Positions 13,655 through 24,499 of a stretch of DNA of 51,357 nucleotides are shown here, piece after piece. How positions within the stretch are numbered: position 1 is the stretch's first letter; each line of letters starts with the position of its first letter. The stretch lies in the NCBI GenBank assembly GCA_001687465.1, contig LVLI01000583.1, positions 1 to 51,357 on the forward strand, given 5' to 3'. Source of the stretch: Halocafeteria seosinensis. Taxonomy: Eukaryota. A program made the position numbers and the translations under genes. Under the pieces are notes generated by a model. It was not told the origin of the DNA and did no database searches. It saw only the letters and a list, made by a program, of their open reading frames with translations.

Positions 13655-14075
13655 AGTGAGAGTCTTTCTCTGTTTGTTTGGTATATCCACCGCAGACACA
13701 GAAGAGCCTACAAACGTCAACGGAGCGAGTAAGTATAGTTCACCACACCATCATGGCACCAACGCCGCACCGGTTGTCAATACGGTAGTCTATAGAGAGT
13801 CGGGGACTCACACAAAGTTCGAAACCTGGTGACCCTATAAACTATTCCCTAGCTGCGATTCAGCCTACGACCCTAACAAGGTGCTCATGAGCTTCAGTTT
13901 CATAGCTGGTCGATACATATGGAATGGCTACGAACCGGTATACTCCTTATGTCCTACTTGCACCATGCGTACCCAGTACACCCCTTTTGATTCGCTGCCC
14001 TGGCACAGACATTCCAGCCCTTCTTAGCTACACTAGTGACACACACTTCCCTGCCTTCCTCCACTCAGCATTGCA

Positions 14076-14625
14076 GACAAATCAGAAAATACAGTGTAGT
14101 ATACTGTGTTTGGTTCTAATTTTGTACAAAATTTTGTGATTTCTCATGGCTCTTTTGATTTAAGCTTCCACTTGTAGACTCCTTCCGTAGTCTCGTAGTC
14201 TTCTGGAACGCATGTGATTGATACATGTAGATTAGGGCAAGGCAGTGGGGTTATAGTAAACGTTGGGTATGCACGCTAAAACTGTAAAATTAGCGTATGG
14301 AAAAAAGCCATACTGTATGCTAATACTATGGTGAGAATGGTTTTTTCTTTGTCTGTGTTTGTTCAGACGGGACGCAGTGGTGAGTACACTGCACTGTACT
14401 ACACACTACCGGGTATTGTACTACTACTGCACTTGTACAATTGTACATCTGTGTGTGTACAGTATCCTAGAGTCCAGTGGGGGTTGGAATCCGTTGGATG
14501 TATGCAAAAGGCCAAAAGCATACAATTAGGGCTTTTATCTCTGCTTTAAGAATATACCAGTAGAATACGCTCAAGAAGCAGTAGACAAGTTAGTCGAGAA
14601 TCAAAACATACCGTAAGCTGGATGC
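14076..14625 (+). pseudogene. Decayed SCP-like phosphatase, derived from a copy-3-type gene
   Basis: Colinear nucleotide blocks match copy 3: gacaaa..gaaaat..tgtttggttcta, catggctctttt..taagcttc, atagtaaacgttg..tgtaaaattagcgtatggaaaa, gaatacgctcaagaagcagt, gtaagctggat. The DxDxT motif is destroyed and there are stops and indels. Confidence 0.75.
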
Positions 14626-14998
14626 TACCTGGATGTACCCAGTCGGTAGGTTGCAGCCTTCATCATGTTCTTCGTCTTGCTCCCCTGATCTGTATGTCCA
14701 TCAACCATCATTGGATCATCTATGAACGAACCACCAATTCCACAGATCAAAATCGAATCCTAATTTCCTCTTGGCTTGATTCGTGGGCCACTGAGTCAGT
14801 CGAACTGCACTGCTGCACACTGCTGGTACGAGCAGCCAGCATACTGCTGGTAACCTGAGGTATTGCTACCTCGGTAACGGTGGTACACCCAGGAGTTGAG
14901 GCTGCTTATACTTGTGTATAGCCCCCTCCTTCGTTTTTGATTATACATAGAAAAACAGCCCCCAACCACCCTGTTTTCTGTTTGTGGTTGATCCTACC

Positions 14999-16286
14999 AT
15001 GCTCTTGGATCGGGTATTTGCTACACCCACGACAAATACAAGAGCGTGTAGCGGACTCATTGGACCCTGGAGGACGACGAGGAGAAATACTTTGCAGCTG
15101 AAGCACCCCTCTTTGACTTGGTGGTGGGCTTGGACGTCTTTTCGTATCATGGGGAAGAGCCGTAATAAAGGTCCCAAATTCTATGCCGTCGTCCGCGGAC
15201 GTAGTCCAGGCATCTATCGCACATGGGACGAAGCCAAGGAGCAAGTCCATCAATTCCCAGGAGCCAAACATCGCTCCTTTATCAGCTACGAAGAGGCCAA
15301 TCGATGGTTCGCGGAGACCTCCTCCTCGTCCCCATCTGTAGCATCTCTACAGGCACCGAGGAGCAGCAGCAGCATTAATACAGGCACAGGAGGACCGCAG
15401 AGCTACCACATTGTAGATAACAAACATCGCCCGCTGGTGCCACTCGGGGAGACTGAGACGGCGGCAAGCAGTAAGGCTAAGAGCACTTCAGGCTCTGGTC
15501 CTAGTGTCCGACCTCTGCTGCAGGAGCAGGAGGAGGACGAGCCGATAGCTGCAGCTACAATCTCGAGTTCCGCGAGTACAGCAACATCAGGGGAACCTAC
15601 CCTCAGCGGAAAGAAAAGAGGCCGAGAGCAGGAAAACGCTTCAGGCTGTGGAAGCGACTATACGAGGAAATCGAACCGCCAAGGGACCGCTCGTCCCAAC
15701 AACGAGAAAGAGTTTGAGCTGATTCTGGAAGCCGATGGTGGCGCTCGAGGTAATCCTGGAATTGGGGGCGCTGGAGCTGCTTGCTATGTTCTCGATCCAG
15801 ACACGGAAGAAAAAAAATTGCTACGCTCTTATCAGTATTTCGTTGGTGATATGGTAACTAACAACGAAGCAGAATACAGGGGCTTTATACTGGCGCTGGA
15901 GTTGTTTTGGAAGTCCCTGGAAGCAATCAACACTGCATATGAGGGAGACTTCGCTTCCATCCGATTCTCTGTGGTGATTGAATTAGACTCGAATCTAGTG
16001 GTAAAGTACGTACAGGAAAACCATTTGATGAGCACCTATCCAACCAGTACTGATGTATGCTATGAATCGCAGCCAAATAATGGGAAAATGGAAAGTCTCA
16101 GCAGAATCTTTAAAGCCCCTCCATACTGAAGCGCTCAAGGGCTTTGAGGAGGTGGCTGAATTTCCTCAAGTGTCTCAATTGAGACTTCGCCATATCTTCC
16201 GCGATTTTAATAAGCAGGCTGATTCCTTGGCGAACCAAGCCATGGATACAAAGGAAACGGAATTAAAGGAATGGAGCGCTCGATGA
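14999..16286 (+). CDS. RNH1: Ribonuclease H1 (N-terminal hybrid-binding domain + archaeal/actinobacterial-type RNase HI domain)
   Basis: HBD KFYAVVRGRSPGIYRTWDEAKEQV. Catalytic motifs EADGGARGNPG, TNNEAEY, ELDSNLVVN|QIMGKWKV (intron 16006-16072), HIFRDFNKQADSLANQAMD. In-frame ATGs at 14999 and 15149. Confidence 0.92.
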
Positions 16287-16615
16287 AAGTGTGGACGAGG
16301 TAGCGCATGTAGCCTCATGTGGTGAGGATACAAGGAGAATATCGGACGAAGTTGAAGAAATGCTGCAGGTAGATGCTAGAGTTTAGCTACATGAGGAGGA
16401 GGGGGGATCTGTGGACTCTTAAGACCAACGGGAAATCCGGAAGACAGATATGACAGTCTCATACTCGATACTCGACAGAGGAAGATATCTTGTAGAAGTT
16501 AGGAAAGGATTTGAAGGTCTGCGAACTCTGTACTTGAGAAGTTTCGATGTGTATGTAAATCGCAATTCTGTAAATGAATTGGTATCAGCTGGATCAGGAT
16601 ACATGCTAATATTGT

Positions 16616-17943
16616 CTACTGGCTGGCGTCAGCAGTAGCACTTGACGCTTCAGTGCTTGTAGCAGACGTCGTCGTCGTCTGGGCTTCTGATGCTTGTTCA
16701 CTACTCGCTGTTGCTGCAGCACTGGCGGTAGCAGTATCGCTGGCCGTCGCGGTAGCCTGCTCTGCAGAAGCCGTCTCACCCTCTTGTTTTTTCGCGGACA
16801 TATCCTCTGTCTCACCTGCACCAAAATACTCCAAGCTTCCTTTGGGGTCAGCTTTCATGGATTTCTTCCCTGGTTTCCAACCAGCGGGACAGACTTCTCC
16901 GTGTTCATCGGTGAACTGAAATGCCTTGACCAAGCGTAGCGTCTCATCAACATCCCGGCCGACTGGAAGATCATTAATTGTACTCTGTCTCAGTACCCCT
17001 TTCCCATCGATAATGAAGAGTCCTCGGAGTGCAACTCCGGCATCCGGCCCATCGTGCACGTACACCCCATAGCTCGTTGAAATGCTCTTGGTAGCATCCG
17101 ATAACAGCGGAATGTTCATTTTTCCTAGCCCTCCATTTTTGCGATCTTGGTTCGTCCTGTAAATGATCAAAGTTGTAAAATATTGCCTTCGCTATAAACG
17201 TACTATGGTCCTCGTCTTCCGTGATATACATACCATGCCAAATGAGAAGCTGTACTGTCTACGCTACATGCTAGCACTTCGGTGTTAATATCCTGGAACT
17301 CTTTCACGCGGTCGCTGAAACTGATGATCTCCGTGGGACACTGAACCACCACGATCAACAACGTGAATGCACCATTCGTGTCGCGTTGGTTGTCTACGGA
17401 GTCAAGTATTAAGGCTTACCACGAAGGTGAAGTCCAGAGGATAGAAGAAGAGCACGACATACTTCCCCTTGTACTCTGAGAGTTTGACCTTCTTGAACTC
17501 TCCATTCACCAGTGCATCCGCTGCAAACAATATAAATATCAGACCGTAATTTCTTGTACAACCACAGACAACACCTCGGAGTTCGAGGGAGCTGCACTGC
17601 CCGAAACAAGGACGTTAACTAATCTGGCTTTACCAGGGCTCCTTTCCTGCTGCTCAAGCTTCTACCCACTAAATCATAAGCTCAAAATCCTTCCATAGGC
17701 CTCGGACATGTTGCCCTGTTCCTCCCTCTATTGCTCCCTTGACGCTTCAGCCGAGCTACCGCCAACGGTGTTCTGACCCTTTCACATCCCTTCCCACCAG
17801 CAGACTTATAACATATATACAAGCTACAAAGTTCGACCAGGGACAAACGTACCTTCAAAAGTGGGGGCAGGTTGCTTCACCTTGGCTATCTGGCAGCAGC
17901 CCTTGCTGGAGGAGCTCTCGGTATCTTTGCTACAGCAGGACAT
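16616..17943 (-). CDS. Typical 2-Cys peroxiredoxin (AhpC/Prx1 family) with Cys-rich N-terminus and Ala/Thr/Ser-rich tail
   Basis: Exons 17943-17853, 17520-17420, 17340-17234, 17156-16616. [13 protein letters not shown] (peroxidatic Cys), [12 protein letters not shown] (resolving Cys), EYF. Confidence 0.95.
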
Positions 17944-18539
17944 GGTGGAGCAATCGAAAAGATACGCTTAGTTGCTAGGCAAATACGAAATAGTGTGATA
18001 GGTGGATTGTTACGAACGGCTAAAGAGTTTCTTCTGCCTTATACAAAATGAACGAAAACAATGGTCAAATCATAGCAAATGAAGCATTGTAACACCCAAC
18101 TTCAGCGTGTCTGGAGGACGATGCTCCACTGTTTGTTGGTTACGACGGACAAACGCATGTCCAATGAATGTCTCCAAAGACATTGCTGTTTCATATGGCC
18201 CATTACGCTCGGCTGTTTTCCCTTGGAGTTGCATACAGCAACCTTATTTCACTGCTTCGGTAACTCCATCGACAGTAACGTGGCCGAAACTTAAAATCAG
18301 TATCCCGGTTTTGCCATTTTCTCTGTAAACATTGCACGACGTGGTACTTACGGATTCTATCTCATGCTGCAAGACCATGGTTTGCTTGATGCCGGATATC
18401 CCTCACCCCGTTCCCTCCTTTCGCCTTTCCAAGGCTAAATGCCCCTCGCTTTACCCCCAGGGGGAGGGGTATTGGGGTTATTACAGCAGTACCACCAGGT
18501 ATTAGACTCTTAAGAGGTACCGATGCATTCTGCTGAAAA

Positions 18540-19679
18540 TCACCATTCAGATTCCTCCTCGGCAGGTTTGGGAGGTTGGTAACTAACCATCTTCATCTTG
18601 TCTTTGAGTGAGCTTTGTTTGCTTTCCTCCAATGTACCCTTTTCTTCAGATGCACTATCATGAGATCCAAGAAGCGATTCGAAATAAGAAGTTGGCTGAG
18701 TGCGCATGTAGGCGGGCTTCGACTCTGAGGTTGAATTTTTCAGCTCTCTTTCGGAGCTATGTCGCGGGGGGCGCTTAGTATTGCTTCCTTTTTCTTCCTT
18801 GGAGGGGCGCATATGCTTTTCTTGTTCATCAGGCACATGGATCGGAGATGACTGCCGAAATCCTGCAGTAGATCTCAGAGTAGAGGGTAGGGTCCCTGTA
18901 GAGAGGTACTCTGGAGATTTCTGCCATTCTTTCCGAGTATCTGCGTAAGACTTCCCGCTACTTTCTCCAGCCCCCAGCCCATTAGCTTGATGCCATAAAT
19001 CACTCTCAGCCACAGCTTCTTCCTCTGACAATCTTCTATACAAATTGCGGATATCTCTACGCATGGTCCGGAGCCTCCAGAAGCCCGCCTCTTTATATAG
19101 CTGCTTTAGCACGCTCTTGTTATGAGGGAGCGATGCATTCCCTTCACGTAGGTATTGCAAAATGTATCGAAAAATCCACCAGTCTCTATCAAAAAATAGT
19201 TCTCCATAAGAATCAACGTATTCTTCCTTGTGTTCTGGTAGCTTAGCCAGCAGAGAATCAGGATCATTGCGCAGCGTGGGTACAGTGGTTTCGAAAATCT
19301 GCCCTCCGATGTTGAGTTGTATTCGATCCTGAGAGTTTTGCTCCTGTAAATCAGTCATCCACCGAGAATTCAGAGCATCAAGGAGGAACTTGCGTTCATC
19401 TTCTAAGGATTGCTTCTTCTGGGCTACCTCTTCGCGGCGTTGTTGGGCTTGCAAACGGTCTTTCTGGACGCGGACAAAGAGATCAGCTTGCTGCTTGCGC
19501 TTCTGGGCAATCAGTTTCTGTTTCTCTCTGCGAAGGAAACGAATTAATGGAATGACGGCACTCTTGGCACGAGTACAGCAAAGAATGATTCGATATACGT
19601 ACTCCAAGGACTGGAAGACTTGATCGATGGCTTGGTGCGCAGCTTGTCGTCGTGAATCCGAGTGCTTTGCGTAGCTCAT
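18540..19679 (-). CDS. Coiled-coil + BTB/POZ (KCTD/T1-type) domain protein
   Basis: IQLNIGGQIFETTVPTL...SLLAKL...FFDRDWWIFRYILQYLREG is the KCTD BTB signature. A probable in-frame 75-nt intron lies at 19528-19602. Confidence 0.85.
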   Translation of the reverse strand: MSYAKHSDSRRQAAHQAIDQVFQSLEYVYRIILCCTRAKSAVIPLIRFLRREKQKLIAQKRKQQADLFVRVQKDRLQAQQRREEVAQKKQSLEDERKFLLDALNSRWMTDLQEQNSQDRIQLNIGGQIFETTVPTLRNDPDSLLAKLPEHKEEYVDSYGELFFDRDWWIFRYILQYLREGNASLPHNKSVLKQLYKEAGFWRLRTMRRDIRNLYRRLSEEEAVAESDLWHQANGLGAGESSGKSYADTRKEWQKSPEYLSTGTLPSTLRSTAGFRQSSPIHVPDEQEKHMRPSKEEKGSNTKRPPRHSSERELKNSTSESKPAYMRTQPTSYFESLLGSHDSASEEKGTLEESKQSSLKDKMKMVSYQPPKPAEEESEW

Positions 19680-20897
19680 GTTACCGATCGAAGAGTCCAC
19701 TTCAACGAGACTAAGATACCACTAAACGTACGCTTATATGAGCCTGGCCAGGTGCTCAGTGGCGAGGGCAAGAGCCTCACGAAGAAGACTTGGAATTGTG
19801 GGCCTCTAACGGCTGCAAGAAAGACGGTGGTTTGCTGGGTGCCACAAATATTCCCTGCAGTGTCCAGATGCGTATATACAGAGAAGATGGAGATAGCTTC
19901 CTGGATACCATCATAGGCTAGGTATACAACCAAAGATAGCACATACGGTATTATAGCAGCTGTAATGGAGCGGTGGTTCATTCAAATCAGCCCTCGCAAC
20001 TTCAACCGACGAAAAGATTGCCGTCTTCGATGACAGGATGAAGATTCGCCGGTGCACGCACGTAGGCACATGCTGCTGTACTACATATCACGGACAGTAT
20101 GACAAAGATTTGGTAGTAGGAAACCAGTCTCTAGCGTAACACAGATGCGGAGAGATACAGGCGAATTCGAGAGACAACCACATAGGACGCAGGTTTGCAG
20201 GTGTGCACTTTACATGTACTGTGCAGTGGTGGTGTATACACACATGTACAGTACTGTATCGTGATAGGTGTAGTCAGTTGATCAGTGCCACAGAGAGACA
20301 CAGCAAGTCATCCAAACTGACAACTTTGATTAAACTCCTCCGTTTCACGGTATCCAGGCGCATTTTGCTGTCCAACGGGCTGCAGCAGAGTGTTGTTGCT
20401 CGAGCTCGCCACAGAACTTCAGAAGCCAACTCTCGAGCCGCACCATTTCCTGCAGCTGCATTGCAGAGTTTCAAGAGTGCATGGGAAGTGATTTGGGTGT
20501 CCATGGGGTAATTGGGAACTGATTCCCTGGTAGAAGGAATACCACGTACTGTGTTTACAACAGCGGCCGCCTCGGAGCGCCTCCCGCGCCGGGGTTACTC
20601 GCACTGGCTCCCGCGAGGATTCAGTCCAACAGCTGTAGCAAGGACCACGGGGTGCTGGAACAAGGAAGTCCTACTTGTATTGTATTGAAACAACCAAGTT
20701 CTCATCATCAATAGACCAGTCTCCCTGGCGAACGTCTGTGTTGACCTGAATGCCGTACATGTACTGTACAGACGTTGGCGCGCCTGGGAGTTGGACCCCG
20801 GAGGATCGCAAGTGTTCTTGTCTCGTTTCGCCTCGACCCACTTTTCTTTTCCAGAGCCCCTCTTTAACTGGATAACACCTAGGCATTCGCTTCGACT

Positions 20898-23705
20898 ATG
20901 GATCCACAGGCTCCCTTTGCTAGCTCGAGCTCCTCTTCGTTGACCGGCCAGCATGTCCCTCATGGAAGTGGAAGTCAAAGTCGGCGCGAAGAAGGGTTCT
21001 CACCGGTGCGCACCCAGCCACCAGCAGTGGCACAGGGCGAGACGGCATTCGGAAACCTCGAGAGCTATTCGTATGCGAAGGAAAGATTTCAGAGAGAAGC
21101 CCCATATCCTTTCTCTTGGGCTCATGGGATCCCTCGCTTACAGTCAAGGACTGCTTCTGCGGAAGCCGATGCCCAGTCGGGAATAAGGCACTCCCCGAAG
21201 TGGGCCGAAGGAACTCCTCAAGTAACATGCAATGCGACCTCCAGCACAACAAAAGAGACGAAGAGGCGCAACCCCGCAACAGAGAAACATAATTTGCCGC
21301 CTCTCCAAAAAAGACGAAAGGGGAAGAAAGTTGAACCGTTGGTTTCCGCGGACCTGAAACAGCAGTCAGCTCAGTGGAACACCCGCTGGAGCGCTGAGTT
21401 GCCTTCATCCACCGTTCAATTTCGACGTTTTGAACTCACAGAGGCTCAGTGGTATCTGCCGAAAGATGTTGAATCGCACCATTGCCAGCCAGAAGAACGA
21501 GGAAGGTCTTTAGGATATGAGTCTACTACTGAACAGATCAAGAAACGTAAACGCAGCAATGGAGTGGTATCCCTGAAGACACAGTCCATTAGCAGCTCCA
21601 GTACGAAATCAAGCATTCCCCAGACGGAGTCGGAAGTGTCCGTTGATCCCTCAGCACCAACACCGCAGACGAGACGGTCGTCAGTATCGTCGGCGTTTCC
21701 GGTGCGTCCCTCGATAGCAGAGTCAAATTCCCCCAAGCGCAAGCGCAAGCGCAAGAAGAGAAGAATGAGCGTATTCAGGACGAACGATAAAAGAGTTGCT
21801 AGCTGGAAAGCAATTTGCTGGAAGGATTTCCTCGAGTTCCAGGTCTTGGCTGTTCTCTTGTCGCTCCTAGTTGGTGGCGGGGCAGCTGCCCTACCAATCG
21901 AAGTGATGACTAGTGGCTTTGTTGGCTTGGAGGCGCGAATGCTAGTCTCATGGGTAAGTCAACCCACTCCTGTGTCTCCATCGTATCTTTGACCCTGTTT
22001 AAAGCGTTTGGATGGTTTGCAGTATGTTCTTCTGGCAATTGTCCACGAGATAGCTACGCTCACGATGATCCTGTTCAGTTGTGTTCCGTACTTGCGAAAG
22101 GATGAGTCTTTGCAGTGGCGGCTTATCCTAAAAGCTCTGCACACAACTGCCGTGATTGCAATCGTCATCGAGGATGTGCTACCTCGGAGCATGAATGTCT
22201 TTACACCCCCATTTTACAGCTTTGGTACCGGATCGACGCTGTGTTTTATTGCTGCGGCTTACGTTTGTTGGGAACAGTGCAAAGCCTTCCATGAGACAGA
22301 CTATCGCAACAGAGATGAAGTTCCTAGCCCCGTAAAGTTGCTTCAGCTGCATACATGGCCAGCTCTTTTCCGTCGCCGAGTAGTGACAATGATCTTGATA
22401 TCCTTGTGCGCGTTTACTTATTACTTGTTTTGCGGACTGTTCTTGTTCCTCTTTGTTGTCATAGCTAAAGGATCCGTTCTGGGGCAGTTGGTTACGGGTT
22501 TCTTCTTCACGGTCGCGACTGCGGCTTTTCGCGCCTTGGCTATCCGTGCTGTGTTCCATTGGGGTAGAGTGCAACATTGGCCCTTGTTTTGCGGATGCCT
22601 GAACCTCTGTACACAAAGGTCGTCTTCCCGGGATGATTCTGGTCGTGCAAACGAGGCGTCTTCAGCCGCAGAAGTTGACTACAGACTCAATACTGAGGTT
22701 GCATTATTCCTTGCTTACTGGTACGAGTTTATGAGTGAATTGTATACATTATACATCACACCTGATGTCGTCAACGCCGCCGTATTTTTTGCAATCCTCT
22801 TTATGGAATTAGTAGCGCACCTGTACCCGACACTGATGTGGACGTTCGAGTGTCTTCAACCACTTGTTCCAGGAACAGCGGCCTTCCAGCGAACTGTGTG
22901 GACCCTTTATGAGAAGTTCTGTACGAAGCCACAGTCAACTGAAGTAGTATCCTCTCCGGATCTCACAGAAACAGAATCTTCTCCGGATCTCACGGAAGCA
23001 GAACAACTAGATGCTGGAACAACGGCCTCCGGTAGCTTTGGAGCCCCATCAACGATAACGAGAGAAGATATTCCGCTAGATGAGCCATCCATAGCCCAGG
23101 AGAGTACGTACACGGAAACTATAGCAAGTCTAAATAGTTGCGAAAGTGGAGCAGATAAGCCACTGGAGGAACGCCCTTGGGTGGACGATGGTGACATCGT
23201 TCCTTCCTCCATAGTAAGTCAAAGGAGTGACAGCATCAAACCGAGACATGTCCTGGATGATGATAAAACCGTCGCATTTGCCGACTGGATGCTTCATAAG
23301 ACCCGGTGGTTATTTCTGAGCATAATGTCTTTGGGAAATGCAACTGTTTCCTTCCTTGTACTGTTTACGTACTACAATTTTGGCAACAACCGGCATATGA
23401 ATCCGTTACTGGTTTCCTTTGACACTTATTGGAGAGCAATGACCTTAGGTGCTGCTAGTGGAGTTATCTATATTCTCGTATACGCGCTGGCGGAATATCG
23501 CATTCGAAGTAGATACCGGGGGTACTCTTTGACCAGCATTGGCTTGCACTTCTTCAAGGCCAACTCAATCCACCGACTGCTGATCTGGATCATTGCTACT
23601 TGCACGGCATTACTGAACATTACGTATTTTGCTGCGCCGTTCAATGCTTATCGGTCGATCTCTCCTGATGAATACCTGGACTCTCGGAATGGTGTCCGAT
23701 ATTAG
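20898..23705 (+). CDS. Multi-pass (~11 TM) membrane protein of unknown family, paralog A
   Basis: ORFs 20898-21992 and 22008-23705 are joined by intron 21954-22022 (GTAAGT...TTGCAG). A long disordered N-terminus is followed by many hydrophobic segments. Clearly similar to 24500-27118. Confidence 0.85.
22950..23003 (+). repeat. In-frame 27-bp tandem duplication (SSPDLTETE/SSPDLTEAE)
   Basis: tcctctccggatctcacagaaacagaa is followed directly by tcttctccggatctcacggaagcagaa. Confidence 0.85.
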
Positions 23706-24499
23706 TGGCATGTATCGCTAGTTCCTGAATTATTATCAAGGGTTCATCCCTATATGTTCAGAGTGTGTTATTTCTTGCCAGTGTGTTCTCTCATTCGAAA
23801 CTGCCCGTATTTTGAGTAGCCCCCCACCCCGTTCGTGTTTTGTTCATTGTCTCACAATCGTATTCACCCAATAATGTACAGCGGTGATAAGGTAACTGTA
23901 TAGCTAGGTCCTCTTCCTGTTTCTCCGTGGCGTGGCTCGAGAAAGTCCGCAGGTCGATCAAAAACCCAGCGGATCCTTCTCAGCACCGGGTTCAGCCGGA
24001 AGACAAAATAGTGGCAGCGTCGGAACGTACTGATTCTACGCGACGCACGGGTACAGCTTCTGTGATGCGTCTATTGAACTCCGCTTGTCTTGTGGGGTTG
24101 AAGTGGTGTCGCACCGAGTACGATAGCCAGCGGGGAGGGCGGTTGAAGCCAGCCCTGCATGGTGCAGTGCACTCTCAGAACAAACCCATTAAAGCGTCTT
24201 ATCCATAGCGGAGTTCAGTTTGGTGTGCATGAGTTGTGTTGCTGTCGTGTCTTGTTTGTCCACCGTCAGTGGTTTATGCGTGTAGTTGTTATCATGACGG
24301 CAAGGGCGTCGCATGTGCGACATCCTGACTCCGGATGGGGGATGCAGGATTCCTAACACACATATATACCATTGCTAGGTTCTCGAGCCCATCCCAGGGA
24401 CGAAGGAGTATCTCCTTTAGATTTTTCGTCTATGCATGCGTTTGTGACTTCCCGTGCCTTGTATAGTGAAATTGAATTGTAATAAGAAGGCGGAGCAAA

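Noticed and set aside
14984..16286. RNase H as part of a retrotransposon
   Set aside because: It has an HBD and a spliceosomal intron, with no RT, integrase, gag or LTRs nearby.
21954..22022. Apparent premature stop or readthrough splitting membrane paralog A
   Set aside because: The stop lies inside a canonical intron that is conserved in paralog B.
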